Assembly (NCBI GenBank): GCA_938091905.1
Contig: CALKOM010000106.1
Location: forward strand, 1 to 21,905
Reading direction: 5' to 3'
DNA from: an uncultured Verrucomicrobiales bacterium
Lineage (GTDB): Bacteria > Verrucomicrobiota > Verrucomicrobiia > Verrucomicrobiales > DEV007
DNA length: 21,905 nucleotides
The stretch's first letter is position 1. Every line of letters starts with the position of its first letter. Below the pieces are notes generated by a model. The model did no database searches. It was not told the DNA's origin and saw only the letters and a program-made list of their open reading frames with translations. Shown piece by piece: positions 1 to 8,395 of the stretch. Both the position numbers and the translations under genes were made by a program.

Positions 1-557
1 CTCCCTTCTCCGTATTGCCATTCTCCAGTCACCAAGAGCCGACATTGCTGATCAATGAAGTCTGCTAGAGTGGCACTCGTAAGACGCGTGTCATCATCGT
101 GAGCATAGCTGATAATCTGCCCAAGACGCCCTTCAACACCCGGTACCATGTCGATACATTCATGATCTCCAACACCATTGGCAGTGAATGGCAACCACCC
201 AGACTGATAGAACCCGTTAGCCAATTCTGGCGCTTCGTTAGCAAAGTCTAAGAGATCGTCTTGTCCCTCGACCACGGAACAGAGACACTGTTGCCATTCA
301 ATGATTTCGCTCAGCGAATGCCAGTGCCCATAAGGAAAGAAGTGGTTGTCGATCAGGATGACTGGTTCTCTCTGCGACCGTTCCTGACCGTCATGAATCC
401 GGTAAAGTTCCTTTGCTTCTTCGGACAATGCATATCCGGTAGCTTCCTCGACTTTGGCAAACTCCATCTCCTCACATCCAGGCCGCAGGAGCCCGAGGAT
501 TGCTTCTGCACCGACATGCTTTACTTGATGCACATATCTTTCCCAAGCTTCGTTCAC
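1..557 (-). CDS. SMI1/KNR4 (SUKH) family protein, 3' end runs off the window
   Basis: Not in the ORF track; translated by hand. Open frame from GTG at 557 (in-frame TAG a few codons upstream) to the edge: VNEAWERY...LRPGCEEMEFAKVEEATGYALSEEAKELYRIHDGQ...WLPFTANGVGDHECIDMVPGVEGRLGQIISYAHD...SATLADFI. This matches the SMI1/KNR4 pattern (LxPG, E-x-x-x-G-x-x-L, Y-x-x-HDGQ, WLPF...GD...ID..P...GQI). Confidence 0.85.
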   Translation of the reverse strand, partial: MNEAWERYVHQVKHVGAEAILGLLRPGCEEMEFAKVEEATGYALSEEAKELYRIHDGQERSQREPVILIDNHFFPYGHWHSLSEIIEWQQCLCSVVEGQDDLLDFANEAPELANGFYQSGWLPFTANGVGDHECIDMVPGVEGRLGQIISYAHDDDTRLTSATLADFIDQQCRLLVTGEWQYGEG

Positions 558-609
558 CGAAATGTTAGAAGCCTAAATGGAGGACCAAGGGCCAACAACC
601 TCTTTACTA

Positions 610-1764
610 TCACACGCGGAAATAGAGTTTCCGTCGATGCAGCCACCAGCAAAAGAACACCGCTAGACCGATTCCGCCTAGAGCGATGATCAAATCCCCA
701 AGCCCATGCGAAAGCCCATCGGCGAAGCCTTTAATTGGCCCGCCTAGCACTCGACCAACAAGATCATCAAAATTCATGATGTTCCCCAATAGATATATGG
801 TGATCGGATTGAGCCCAATCCAAATGAACGGTTGGGCCCACCGAGAATGGCCTTTGACATCGATCGCCCAATAGAAGAGCGCCATGAATAACGCACTCCA
901 ACCCGCAGCCACGAGCACATAACTACTTGTCCAGAGCTTCTTGATCACTGGGAATTGCAAGCCCCAAAAATACCCCAGAACGATGGCAGCCACGCCGGCT
1001 CCAGCCAGCCACAGGACCTTCTGCTGTTCGGTCGTCTTCGGACAGCGTAAGAACATACCTACAAACACACCAAGCAAGCATGTCCCAATCGCAGGCAAAG
1101 TCGAAAGCAGACCCTCCGGATCATGCGATCCGTCCCATTTGAAGAAAGGCACGTATTTGGAATCCACCCAGTTTGCGAGGTTCTTTCCTTCCTCGAAGCT
1201 TACCTGATCCAATCCGGGCATCGGCACAAAGCTCATCAAGGCCCAGTAGCCTCCTAATAGCCCCACAGTCGCAAAGAGGAGGCCGCGTGGCTTCAAATAA
1301 AGGTAGAGAAGCCCCGCACAAAGATAGCAGATCGCGATTCGTTGGAGCACTCCAAACAAGCGAATCCCCTCGATCCCCTCACGTCCCGCTATTTCGTTCC
1401 CCCAGCCGCCGTAGTAGATGATGCCAATAAGGTAGAGGATCACGCCGCGCTTGATCACCCGACGGGCCGCAGCGGCCTTACCGCCCCGTTCCTCTGCTTT
1501 CGCGAGTGCGAATACCAGCGAGACGCCCGCAATGAACACGAAGAGAGGGAAGATCAGGTCGTAGAACCGAAATCCCTCCCAGGCCACATGATTCAACTGC
1601 TGAGCGAGAACCTGAAGAGGACCGGACTCTGCCGCCTTCCAATGCTCCAAGGCGTGCCCAATGGAATCTCCCCCCATGATGAACATCATGTCGAAGCCGC
1701 GCAACGCATCCAGAGAAGCTAGGCGAGAATTCTGGTATCTATCGTCATTCGCTGGCGTTTCCAT
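610..1764 (-). CDS. Heparan-alpha-glucosaminide N-acetyltransferase-like (HGSNAT / DUF5009 / NagX-type) membrane acyltransferase
   Basis: Motifs RLASLDALRGFDM, HVAWEG..FYDLIFPLFVFIAGVS, GVLQRIA, DPEGLLSTLPAI, PVIKKLWTSSYVL, GLNPITIY; many TM segments; ends in LYFRV. Confidence 0.9.
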   Translation of the reverse strand: METPANDDRYQNSRLASLDALRGFDMMFIMGGDSIGHALEHWKAAESGPLQVLAQQLNHVAWEGFRFYDLIFPLFVFIAGVSLVFALAKAEERGGKAAAARRVIKRGVILYLIGIIYYGGWGNEIAGREGIEGIRLFGVLQRIAICYLCAGLLYLYLKPRGLLFATVGLLGGYWALMSFVPMPGLDQVSFEEGKNLANWVDSKYVPFFKWDGSHDPEGLLSTLPAIGTCLLGVFVGMFLRCPKTTEQQKVLWLAGAGVAAIVLGYFWGLQFPVIKKLWTSSYVLVAAGWSALFMALFYWAIDVKGHSRWAQPFIWIGLNPITIYLLGNIMNFDDLVGRVLGGPIKGFADGLSHGLGDLIIALGGIGLAVFFCWWLHRRKLYFRV

Positions 1765-1829
1765 GACTAGAAGGACTAAACCAGTGCCGGACGTCCTGGC
1801 GAGCCTTTATCGAATTCTCCATCTCAACT

Positions 1830-1900
1830 CCGAAATGATTCTTTTGGCCAAGAATATTATGAAAAATCTTATTGATTATTGTTTCTATATCGCAACAGAA
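1830..1900. promoter_or_regulatory. AT-rich divergent promoter region between the acyltransferase and the small pilin-like ORF
   Basis: Strongly AT-rich tract (aagaatattatgaaaaatcttattgattattgtttctatat) in a GC-richer context, lying between divergent starts at 1764 and 1928. No clean -35/-10 pair could be assigned. Confidence 0.4.
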
Positions 1901-1927
1901 GCTCAACGCGGACACTACCTCACAGAA

Positions 1928-2116
1928 ATGAAATTCACATCAAGCAAGCCCAGCGACCAAGGATTCGACCTCAAAGAATCCATCTTCGGCCTCGCTGCAC
2001 TCGCGATTGTTGCCCATCTCGCCAGTCCTAGACTCACTGAATTCTCTCAGGAAACGGGCATGCAATTGGGCGACACCACCGAAGACGTTAGCAGTATTCT
2101 CAGTCGTCGGTTCTAA
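1928..2116 (+). CDS. Small (62 aa) single-TM protein with a type IV prepilin-like N-terminus
   Basis: 3' part of ORF 1661..2116 from ATG 1928: MKFTSSKPSDQG|FDLKESIFGLAALAIVAHLASPRL... with G(-1), F(+1), E(+5), a hydrophobic helix and P(+22). It fills the gap between flanking genes without overlap. Confidence 0.55.
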   Translation: MKFTSSKPSDQGFDLKESIFGLAALAIVAHLASPRLTEFSQETGMQLGDTTEDVSSILSRRF

Positions 2117-2122
2117 ACGCCG

Positions 2123-2986
2123 TCACGGAGGAAATCCAAATCCCAGCTTCACGGCTGCATACTCAGGATGAATGCTTCCATCCGCCCTCCGGATGATAAG
2201 CGGTGGCTCTTCCCAAGTTTGATCTCGAATTTCTTCCGGTAGATCAGCACTGCGCATTAAGATAAAGACTCCTAAGAGAGGCGGTTCGCCCTCTCTTAGC
2301 ACTATGGATCGCTGCCGCACGATGCTGAGGCCAGCATCCTTGGCCCCAACGACCACGCGTTCTGCTTGCTCGGTTGGTGTTACCGGAAACACACAAGCAA
2401 AGGTTCCCCCTCTTTCCATATGTCTCGCGGCAGTCTGACAATAGTCTGCAATGGTACCGCGAACTTCAAAACGGCAAGCCACCTTCTGGGGATGATCCCC
2501 TTCCACGCCTGAGCCCATCGGAAAGTAAGGGGGGCTGCCAAACACCAGATCAAATCGTTCCGTGTCAGTCAGCGTCTGGGCGTCCCTCAAATCGCCTTCA
2601 CGAATATCGAATCGGCTTTCTAAGCCATTCCATCGCACCGATTTCCACGCCAGTCTGACACTTTCCGTCTGTGCTTCCACTGTCACGATCTGTGCACCCG
2701 GCAGTCGCCAGGCAGCCACCATAGCTACAGTACCAATCCCACTGCCAAGATCGAGAATGGACCGAGCGCTCGGACACCAAGAGCTGCCGTACCAAGCAGT
2801 AAGAAGATCATCAGTGGAATAGCGGTGCCCTTTCTTCAGCTGGAAGATCCGAAAGTGCCCACAGAGCACGTCGAGCGTCTCGCCCATTTCCACCACCAAC
2901 TCAGGATCGTCACGGTATCCAGGCACCGTGGGTCCGGGAATCGCATAGCCGCGAAAGTGCGTCTTGGGAGAAATGTCCTTAGCCAT
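2123..2986 (-). CDS. SAM-dependent methyltransferase, tRNA1(Val) A37-N6 methyltransferase (TrmN6/YfiC)-like
   Basis: N-terminal Q...HRYSTDDLL, motif I LDLGSGIG, VEAQ, GDLR, motif IV SPPYF, followed by ACRFE. Confidence 0.75.
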   Translation of the reverse strand: MAKDISPKTHFRGYAIPGPTVPGYRDDPELVVEMGETLDVLCGHFRIFQLKKGHRYSTDDLLTAWYGSSWCPSARSILDLGSGIGTVAMVAAWRLPGAQIVTVEAQTESVRLAWKSVRWNGLESRFDIREGDLRDAQTLTDTERFDLVFGSPPYFPMGSGVEGDHPQKVACRFEVRGTIADYCQTAARHMERGGTFACVFPVTPTEQAERVVVGAKDAGLSIVRQRSIVLREGEPPLLGVFILMRSADLPEEIRDQTWEEPPLIIRRADGSIHPEYAAVKLGFGFPP

Positions 2987-3063
2987 GAATCGCGTGAACC
3001 TGCGACACCGACGGCCTCAAGTCGACACCCTGATTATTTCTACTCGATAAGTTTTCTAGTTAA

Positions 3064-3092
3064 TGTAGCTCCATCATCTAGCTGGAGCTACA
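3064..3092. repeat. Perfect 10-bp inverted repeat (operator or hairpin)
   Basis: TGTAGCTCCA (3064-3073), 9-nt spacer, TGGAGCTACA (3083-3092), in the intergenic region upstream of the methyltransferase. Confidence 0.7.
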
Positions 3093-3208
3093 GCCTGGAA
3101 GGCCATCCTATCGTATGGAGAACCTACTGACCATTGAAGCATTTGTTAGACACACGCTATTCAAAGCTACCTTTCACGAGAATTTAGCCAAGCGTTCCCG
3201 CACGGGAC

Positions 3209-4039
3209 CTACTCTACACCGTACCCCGCTGCTGGCGTGCCGTCGTCATCGAGCTTACCGCCAACCCAAAGTAGGCCACGTGCCACGAGATCGAGATAGA
3301 GCGGCTCCATCATAGTCTCGTTGTGGTGTCCCACCGTTGTCGAAAAGACGCGGCCTTTGCCGTGATCATTCACCCAAACGCAAGGATGCCTAACCGCTCC
3401 TCCATCAATGGTGCCATCAGCTAACACGGTGGCCGTTGGCCAAACTTTCTTCACGTTGTAGAGTTCACCCTTAGGTGTGGTCCAAAGGTAAGGGAACCCC
3501 TGCATAACAGGATGCTCCGCTGCCGTCGTCCGCATGGTGATCGGATGCTTCTTCCCATGGTTCATGGAGGTGACTCCTAGAAACTGCGGCCATGCTTTCG
3601 TCTCGACCTTCCAATGATAGCTGTGCGCCGTGCAATGGATGGCAACGGCTCCAAGCCCTTGTTTGTGTGTCTCGGTGATGGCTTCGATGTATTTCTCATC
3701 TTTCTCGCGGGCGAAACAGATGTTGTAGACAACGGCATCATAACCAACATGCCAGTCTTTCTCTAACAGCTTTTTATATCGATGCTCGTGACCTTTGCCA
3801 CCGGCATGAATGATTTCCCAATCGACGTTCGCCCGCTCGCCGATACCCGCGCTAATAATCTCCTTCTGATTCTCGTAATCGTGACAACATCCTCCCGCGA
3901 ACATGAGGACTTTCAGAGGCTCCTTCTTGGAGTTCCCTTCGTCAGCAGCTTGAGCAGTTTGCAATGAATCATGCTGTGTGAAAAGCGCGCCAGCAGTCGC
4001 CGCTGCCAACGAGAGAGGGATAAACTTACGTCGGATCAT
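3209..4039 (-). CDS. ThuA-like (class I glutamine amidotransferase-like fold) exported protein
   Basis: KVLMFAGGCCHDY, YDAVVYN, GLGAVAIHC, HPVMQGFP..W.TPKGELY, W....GKGRVFSTTVGH, LVARGLLW. Probable start is ATG 4039 (MIRRKFIPLSLAAATAGA...AQAA, twin-arginine-like signal); the ORF track starts at 4069. Confidence 0.85.
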   Translation of the reverse strand: MIRRKFIPLSLAAATAGALFTQHDSLQTAQAADEGNSKKEPLKVLMFAGGCCHDYENQKEIISAGIGERANVDWEIIHAGGKGHEHRYKKLLEKDWHVGYDAVVYNICFAREKDEKYIEAITETHKQGLGAVAIHCTAHSYHWKVETKAWPQFLGVTSMNHGKKHPITMRTTAAEHPVMQGFPYLWTTPKGELYNVKKVWPTATVLADGTIDGGAVRHPCVWVNDHGKGRVFSTTVGHHNETMMEPLYLDLVARGLLWVGGKLDDDGTPAAGYGVE

Positions 4040-4079
4040 AGAACGAAGATAGGTGACAACGGGCATCAATCACAACCTC

Positions 4080-4117
4080 TAAAAAACATAGAGGCGCTTC
4101 CTTGGAAAGGAAGCGCC
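4080..4117 (-). terminator. Probable intrinsic terminator of the 1384-aa gene
   Basis: GGCGCTTCCTT (4093-4103) / AAGGAAGCGCC (4107-4117), an 11-bp perfect stem, followed on the minus strand by TCTATGTTTTTT; about 30 nt after the stop at 4149. Confidence 0.75.
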
Positions 4118-4148
4118 CCAATTAAACGAATTCTACGAATCGGATGTC

Positions 4149-7100
4149 CTACTTTTGAACACCTCGGTAGAAACCTGCACCCAGTCCGGCGCGGGCGGCA
4201 TCGAACTCCTCAAAAGGTCCAGTCTGTTCCGCTGCGATGACCTCCCACATGATCAAGTCCTCGGAGAACTCGATGTCGTAAGTCGCGCCATCTGGCACAT
4301 CAAAAGAAAAATTGCCGTCAGCGGAGAAAGTGACCATGCCAAGTGGCGCAGGATCTCCTCCGCCAGTTTCGCCTCCCATTGGGAATGGCGAGGACACGAG
4401 GCCTGCAATGTCTTCGGCACTGAGGGCAGTGTTGAACGTCGCCCAGCCATAAACCACACTGCCGTCACCCATCGGATCCACCGGACCTGGAATGCCTGCC
4501 TGCATGAGATTCACCTCACCGGAAAGCGCCACGGCACCCGATGAAGTTCCCACGAGTTCACCGTTGATGTAGAGATGGGTTTCTCCAGCTGCGGCATCGC
4601 TGACAAACACTACATGCACATCCTCACCGAAGATGGAGGCCACTCCATCAAAGATGTTATCGACAACACCAAACTCTGTCGTGCCGAAGATCCCTTGCAT
4701 GTTCCATTGGTCAAGCTTTAGCCCCCAAACGTCGTTTCCAGCAATTGCGGTGGAGGCACCTCCTTGATTGGCATTGAAGGAGAATTCATACGTCGCGTCC
4801 CCTGACAACTCACCAAAGTTGACGAGACCAGGCTCGGTCTGAGGACCTGTTGAGATCGCTACGGGATTAAGAGCGCCACGCGCTTCGGGCACACCCAGGA
4901 ACTCGACCTCAGCAATCTGCATGCTGTTGTCACCGCCAGCGTCTTTCAACGTCGGGAAGATCAGACGGTAAGAAACATAGGCTGTGGCATTCTCGAAGCT
5001 GACTTCCTGATGAAATAGACTTGGCGTGATCGGCGCGCTTGCATCCTCGTTACGGTCGTCAGGCAAGGCAAGATCACCTTCAGAAATGACTTCAAATGGA
5101 CCGTCTGGCCCCACGGTGGAACCACTGAGCTGATAGCTTGCCGGGTCACGAGCCGGGTTGTCATTCGCCGTGTAGAGACGAAGTGCGTTTACCACCGTGG
5201 CCCCAGTACCTGGCGTCACAATAAAGCCTGAATTGAGATCGAGGAAGTTCAGATGCTTCTGCGCCACATCATCGATGACATGCCTAACAACTTCGCCTCC
5301 CGGAGGCAATCCAGCATTCCCGTCATCATCATTCTCTCCGTCTACTCTGACAAGAGCATCTCCAGGTGAGGTGACATCCTGCGGCTCGTCAGACGGCTCA
5401 GATACGCCTGCGGTATCACCAGGATTCGCAAAGAGAAACTGGACTTCAGCTTCCGCAAGCTCACGCGAGTAAATCTGCACGTCATCAATGATACCCGTGA
5501 AACCGAAGCCTCCGTTAAGAGCACCGATCTGAATGACCGACGGGGCGACATCCTCATAGCCGTTTCCTTCCTCCAGCTCATTCACGAGCACACCGTCCAC
5601 GTAGAGGCGAGTTCGTGTAGATCCTAACTCTAGCCCATTCTGGTCGAGTTGGGTAATGACGACGTGGTGCGGCTGTCCAACCATGATCACGGGATCCGTT
5701 TCAATCTCTTGGCCTTCCTGGACAAACCACAGCAGTGGATTGGATTCGCCAACAGCGTTTGTTGCCAAGGCGAAGGGATCCCCGGCCGCCGTTCCCTTTG
5801 CTACGAGCATCGAAGCGCCCGCATCCGCAGCATCTGGCTGCATCCACAACGAAATCGTGAGATTCTGAAGCGATGGAATACTCGCACTGGCATCCAGCTG
5901 CCCAAATCCACCGCCACCTCCTGCAGGTGAGCCACCGTCGCTGAAGGCAACGCCTGACCCAGTGGCCAATCCCGCAGCGCCCAAAGCAAAAGATCCGGTG
6001 CCGGCAGCTCCATAGGTGCCATGATAGCGCTGGCCCGAGGCATCCAACATGGCCGTGCCACTCGTTTCATTCATCTGATAGTGAGCCACCAGTCCAGACG
6101 GATTCGTCACCCTAGCGGTCACATCGAGTACGATGCTAGCCTCTCCACCATCATTGCTCAAGATCTCGATGCCAGCTTCGAATACTCCCGACTGCCCTTG
6201 GGGATCAAACTCGACGACGATCACGCCCTCTTCTGCCGAGGCCAAGGTCTCCGGAAAGGAGACAACACTGTAGAAGTCTTTCTCAGGCCCTGTCGGTGCC
6301 ACACTGGAAATGGTGAGATCCTTGGTCTCACCGCTGTTGAAGACGACAATACGGCGGGTCTGCACCGATAGATCATTTCCTAGATCGCCGAAAGTGTTTC
6401 GGGTAGAAACGGTCGCATTTGGATCATCAAAGAGAATCAGTGGGAAGCCCTCAGCGGTGGGACCGCCCAACGACTCGATTTCCACATCTGACATCTTACC
6501 TTCGCGGATCTGCACGCTGTTTGCATACCAGCCGACGTTCTCATCGCCATTGTCGGCAAAGAGAATAGAATAGTCTTCTAATAAAGCACGACGCGGCTGA
6601 TCAATGCTATTCTGCTCCCAATCGATTAACTTAATTCCATTGGCATACTTCGTGACGAGCGGAGGATCCGCAGCGAGATCGACCGCAAAGACCAATCGAT
6701 ACCACTCGCCGGCTTCGATCTTCTCTCCTTCAGGAAAGCCATGATAGCCGCCTTGGCCCTGACCAACCTGACCATTCTGCCAGAAATAATCGCCGTCTCC
6801 AGAATTCGGAATCACCCCATTTGCACCAGGTCGCGGCGAATCAATTTGGATGATGCCACCTGCCCCACTCGCGTCTGGATGTACCATGACATCCATTAGG
6901 AGTGTGTATTGATTGACCCGCGTGCCGCCACCATTCGGTACGAGCCCATGGTACATCACGTAGCCAACATCTTTCCCGTTTCCATCGGGCTTTGGCACAT
7001 ACATTACATTGGCAGGCTCTCCATTGATATCAGGGACGCCCAATTCCGTCGTGGTGCCAAACTCCGTAGTGTCGACCAAACTATCTCTTAAAAACTCCAA

Positions 7101-8303
7101 GTCACGGCCCGTGCTCGCAACAAGATCTCCATTGTCGAAGTCCCACTGGCCAGTCACCGTGGTCACGCCTACGCCTGGGGAAATCTCAAAATCCCAGGAC
7201 CTATCGAAGCTGCGGCCCGCTGTATCGTCGTAAAGGACCCTCACTGAATTTGAGAGGTCGTCGCGGGCTGGGTTTGGTTGGTAAGCAATGCTCGTCCGCC
7301 CATCTGCATTGGAAATGGTGGAGTCACCCGTGACATCCCTGCCATTGACAAGCATCTGCACGGAATTGGTGACGATCAAGGCCTCCGAATCGATGAGCAA
7401 GATCTCAACCTTGTCCCCCGCGGGGATTCCACGCGACCCTGGCTGAGGCCGAATCTCAGCAATGTAAGGATGATTGTGAATGATCGCGGTGCTCGATTGG
7501 AACGCTTTGATCGCTCGCGCATCTTCCGGATCATTAATCAAGATCTTGTCTCCTGTTGCAGAATCCACCGAATACCATTCCAAGCCTGCGCCACCCGTCT
7601 TCTGGAGATAAACGAGTCTGAAAGGATACAGCCCATCGCTCGGAGCGGTAAACGTGAAAGTGTAATCATCCGGAATCGCTGCAAACTGCGGAGCGTCTGC
7701 CGACCTAACATACTCCCCAAGCTTCGTAGCCAGGAAATCGCTGGGGTTGGTTCCGGAATAAACGGCAAAGTTATCATCATTGACGCCACCTGGCGCGTCC
7801 GTCCGGTCAATCCACACTTGTCCACCAAAGGTGTGCTCTCCTGCCGGGAGCTCAAGGAAGGTGACAATCTCAGTCGTGAAGTTCGTCGTGTGCCCTTCCG
7901 TTCCTGGAATGCCCGGGAAGAGTGCATTCGGATTGAAATTGGTGATAGGCCCTCCTCCCTCTTCAGGGTCGCCGTTCACGTCTTCCACCAACGCTTCCTG
8001 TTCAAAGTTGATCGTCGCAACCGAGAACGTCCCATCATCGTTATCCCCAGGCTTGGCTTCATTTGCGACGACAGCACCTCCAACCTTCAGCGTGCCATTC
8101 AGCTGAAAGATTCCACGGCTCAGGACTGGCGGCAGACCAAATTCACCCTCAGGAGGTGCGGGAGCCTGCACGGAGCGCACGAGGAATCCTGCATCGCGCC
8201 CGCTGCCTGGAGGGCCAGGAACAGACTCGGGAATGTCGACAGCCAGACCAGGCAATGCCGTCGATAGCAGGGTGAAACAAATCGAACGGAAGGGTAATTT
8301 CAT
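4149..8303 (-). CDS. Large secreted multidomain protein (PA14-like, Ig-like, several LamG/concanavalin-like jellyrolls, discoidin-like domain, C-terminal FYR tail)
   Basis: Sec signal MKLPFRSICFTLLSTALPGLA; PA14-like GLYPFRLVY.Q..GGAGLEW; LamG-like GQWDFDNG...YTLLMDV...WYRLVF...YANG and GLVAHYQMNE...TISLW...HHVV...LYVDG...FTGIIDDVQIYSREL; Ig-like VFNSG...LTISS...I.SND; discoidin-like TAND..RDP...YRL.F...MQIAEVE; acidic composition. Confidence 0.8.
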   Translation of the reverse strand: MKLPFRSICFTLLSTALPGLAVDIPESVPGPPGSGRDAGFLVRSVQAPAPPEGEFGLPPVLSRGIFQLNGTLKVGGAVVANEAKPGDNDDGTFSVATINFEQEALVEDVNGDPEEGGGPITNFNPNALFPGIPGTEGHTTNFTTEIVTFLELPAGEHTFGGQVWIDRTDAPGGVNDDNFAVYSGTNPSDFLATKLGEYVRSADAPQFAAIPDDYTFTFTAPSDGLYPFRLVYLQKTGGAGLEWYSVDSATGDKILINDPEDARAIKAFQSSTAIIHNHPYIAEIRPQPGSRGIPAGDKVEILLIDSEALIVTNSVQMLVNGRDVTGDSTISNADGRTSIAYQPNPARDDLSNSVRVLYDDTAGRSFDRSWDFEISPGVGVTTVTGQWDFDNGDLVASTGRDLEFLRDSLVDTTEFGTTTELGVPDINGEPANVMYVPKPDGNGKDVGYVMYHGLVPNGGGTRVNQYTLLMDVMVHPDASGAGGIIQIDSPRPGANGVIPNSGDGDYFWQNGQVGQGQGGYHGFPEGEKIEAGEWYRLVFAVDLAADPPLVTKYANGIKLIDWEQNSIDQPRRALLEDYSILFADNGDENVGWYANSVQIREGKMSDVEIESLGGPTAEGFPLILFDDPNATVSTRNTFGDLGNDLSVQTRRIVVFNSGETKDLTISSVAPTGPEKDFYSVVSFPETLASAEEGVIVVEFDPQGQSGVFEAGIEILSNDGGEASIVLDVTARVTNPSGLVAHYQMNETSGTAMLDASGQRYHGTYGAAGTGSFALGAAGLATGSGVAFSDGGSPAGGGGGFGQLDASASIPSLQNLTISLWMQPDAADAGASMLVAKGTAAGDPFALATNAVGESNPLLWFVQEGQEIETDPVIMVGQPHHVVITQLDQNGLELGSTRTRLYVDGVLVNELEEGNGYEDVAPSVIQIGALNGGFGFTGIIDDVQIYSRELAEAEVQFLFANPGDTAGVSEPSDEPQDVTSPGDALVRVDGENDDDGNAGLPPGGEVVRHVIDDVAQKHLNFLDLNSGFIVTPGTGATVVNALRLYTANDNPARDPASYQLSGSTVGPDGPFEVISEGDLALPDDRNEDASAPITPSLFHQEVSFENATAYVSYRLIFPTLKDAGGDNSMQIAEVEFLGVPEARGALNPVAISTGPQTEPGLVNFGELSGDATYEFSFNANQGGASTAIAGNDVWGLKLDQWNMQGIFGTTEFGVVDNIFDGVASIFGEDVHVVFVSDAAAGETHLYINGELVGTSSGAVALSGEVNLMQAGIPGPVDPMGDGSVVYGWATFNTALSAEDIAGLVSSPFPMGGETGGGDPAPLGMVTFSADGNFSFDVPDGATYDIEFSEDLIMWEVIAAEQTGPFEEFDAARAGLGAGFYRGVQK

Positions 8304-8395
8304 AGCAATACGAACAAAGCACAGAACACCCCTTCTGTGTCAACAGATCTACTCCTGGATTGAGTTTTTCGACGAATGGCGCATAAAAGGGTCAC

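Noticed and set aside
261..689. 142-aa plus-strand ORF
   Set aside because: It is antisense to the SMI1/KNR4 gene and the acyltransferase 3' end, with no recognisable motifs.
1661..1927. N-terminal extension of ORF 1661..2116
   Set aside because: It overlaps the acyltransferase start on the opposite strand and crosses the AT-rich promoter-like tract; ATG 1928 is the more plausible start.
1964..2113. Conductive (e-pilin) interpretation of the short pilin-like peptide
   Set aside because: There are only four Phe and no Tyr/Trp in 50 residues, with a long aromatic-free gap and no cytochrome or pilus genes nearby. The idea is unsupported.
7278..8267. 329-aa plus-strand ORF
   Set aside because: It is a shadow ORF wholly antisense to the 1384-aa gene, Arg/Ile-rich and without motifs.
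8338..8343. Perfect TTGACA on the minus strand upstream of the 1384-aa gene
   Set aside because: No acceptable -10 hexamer lies at 16-18 nt spacing, so it is not called as a promoter.
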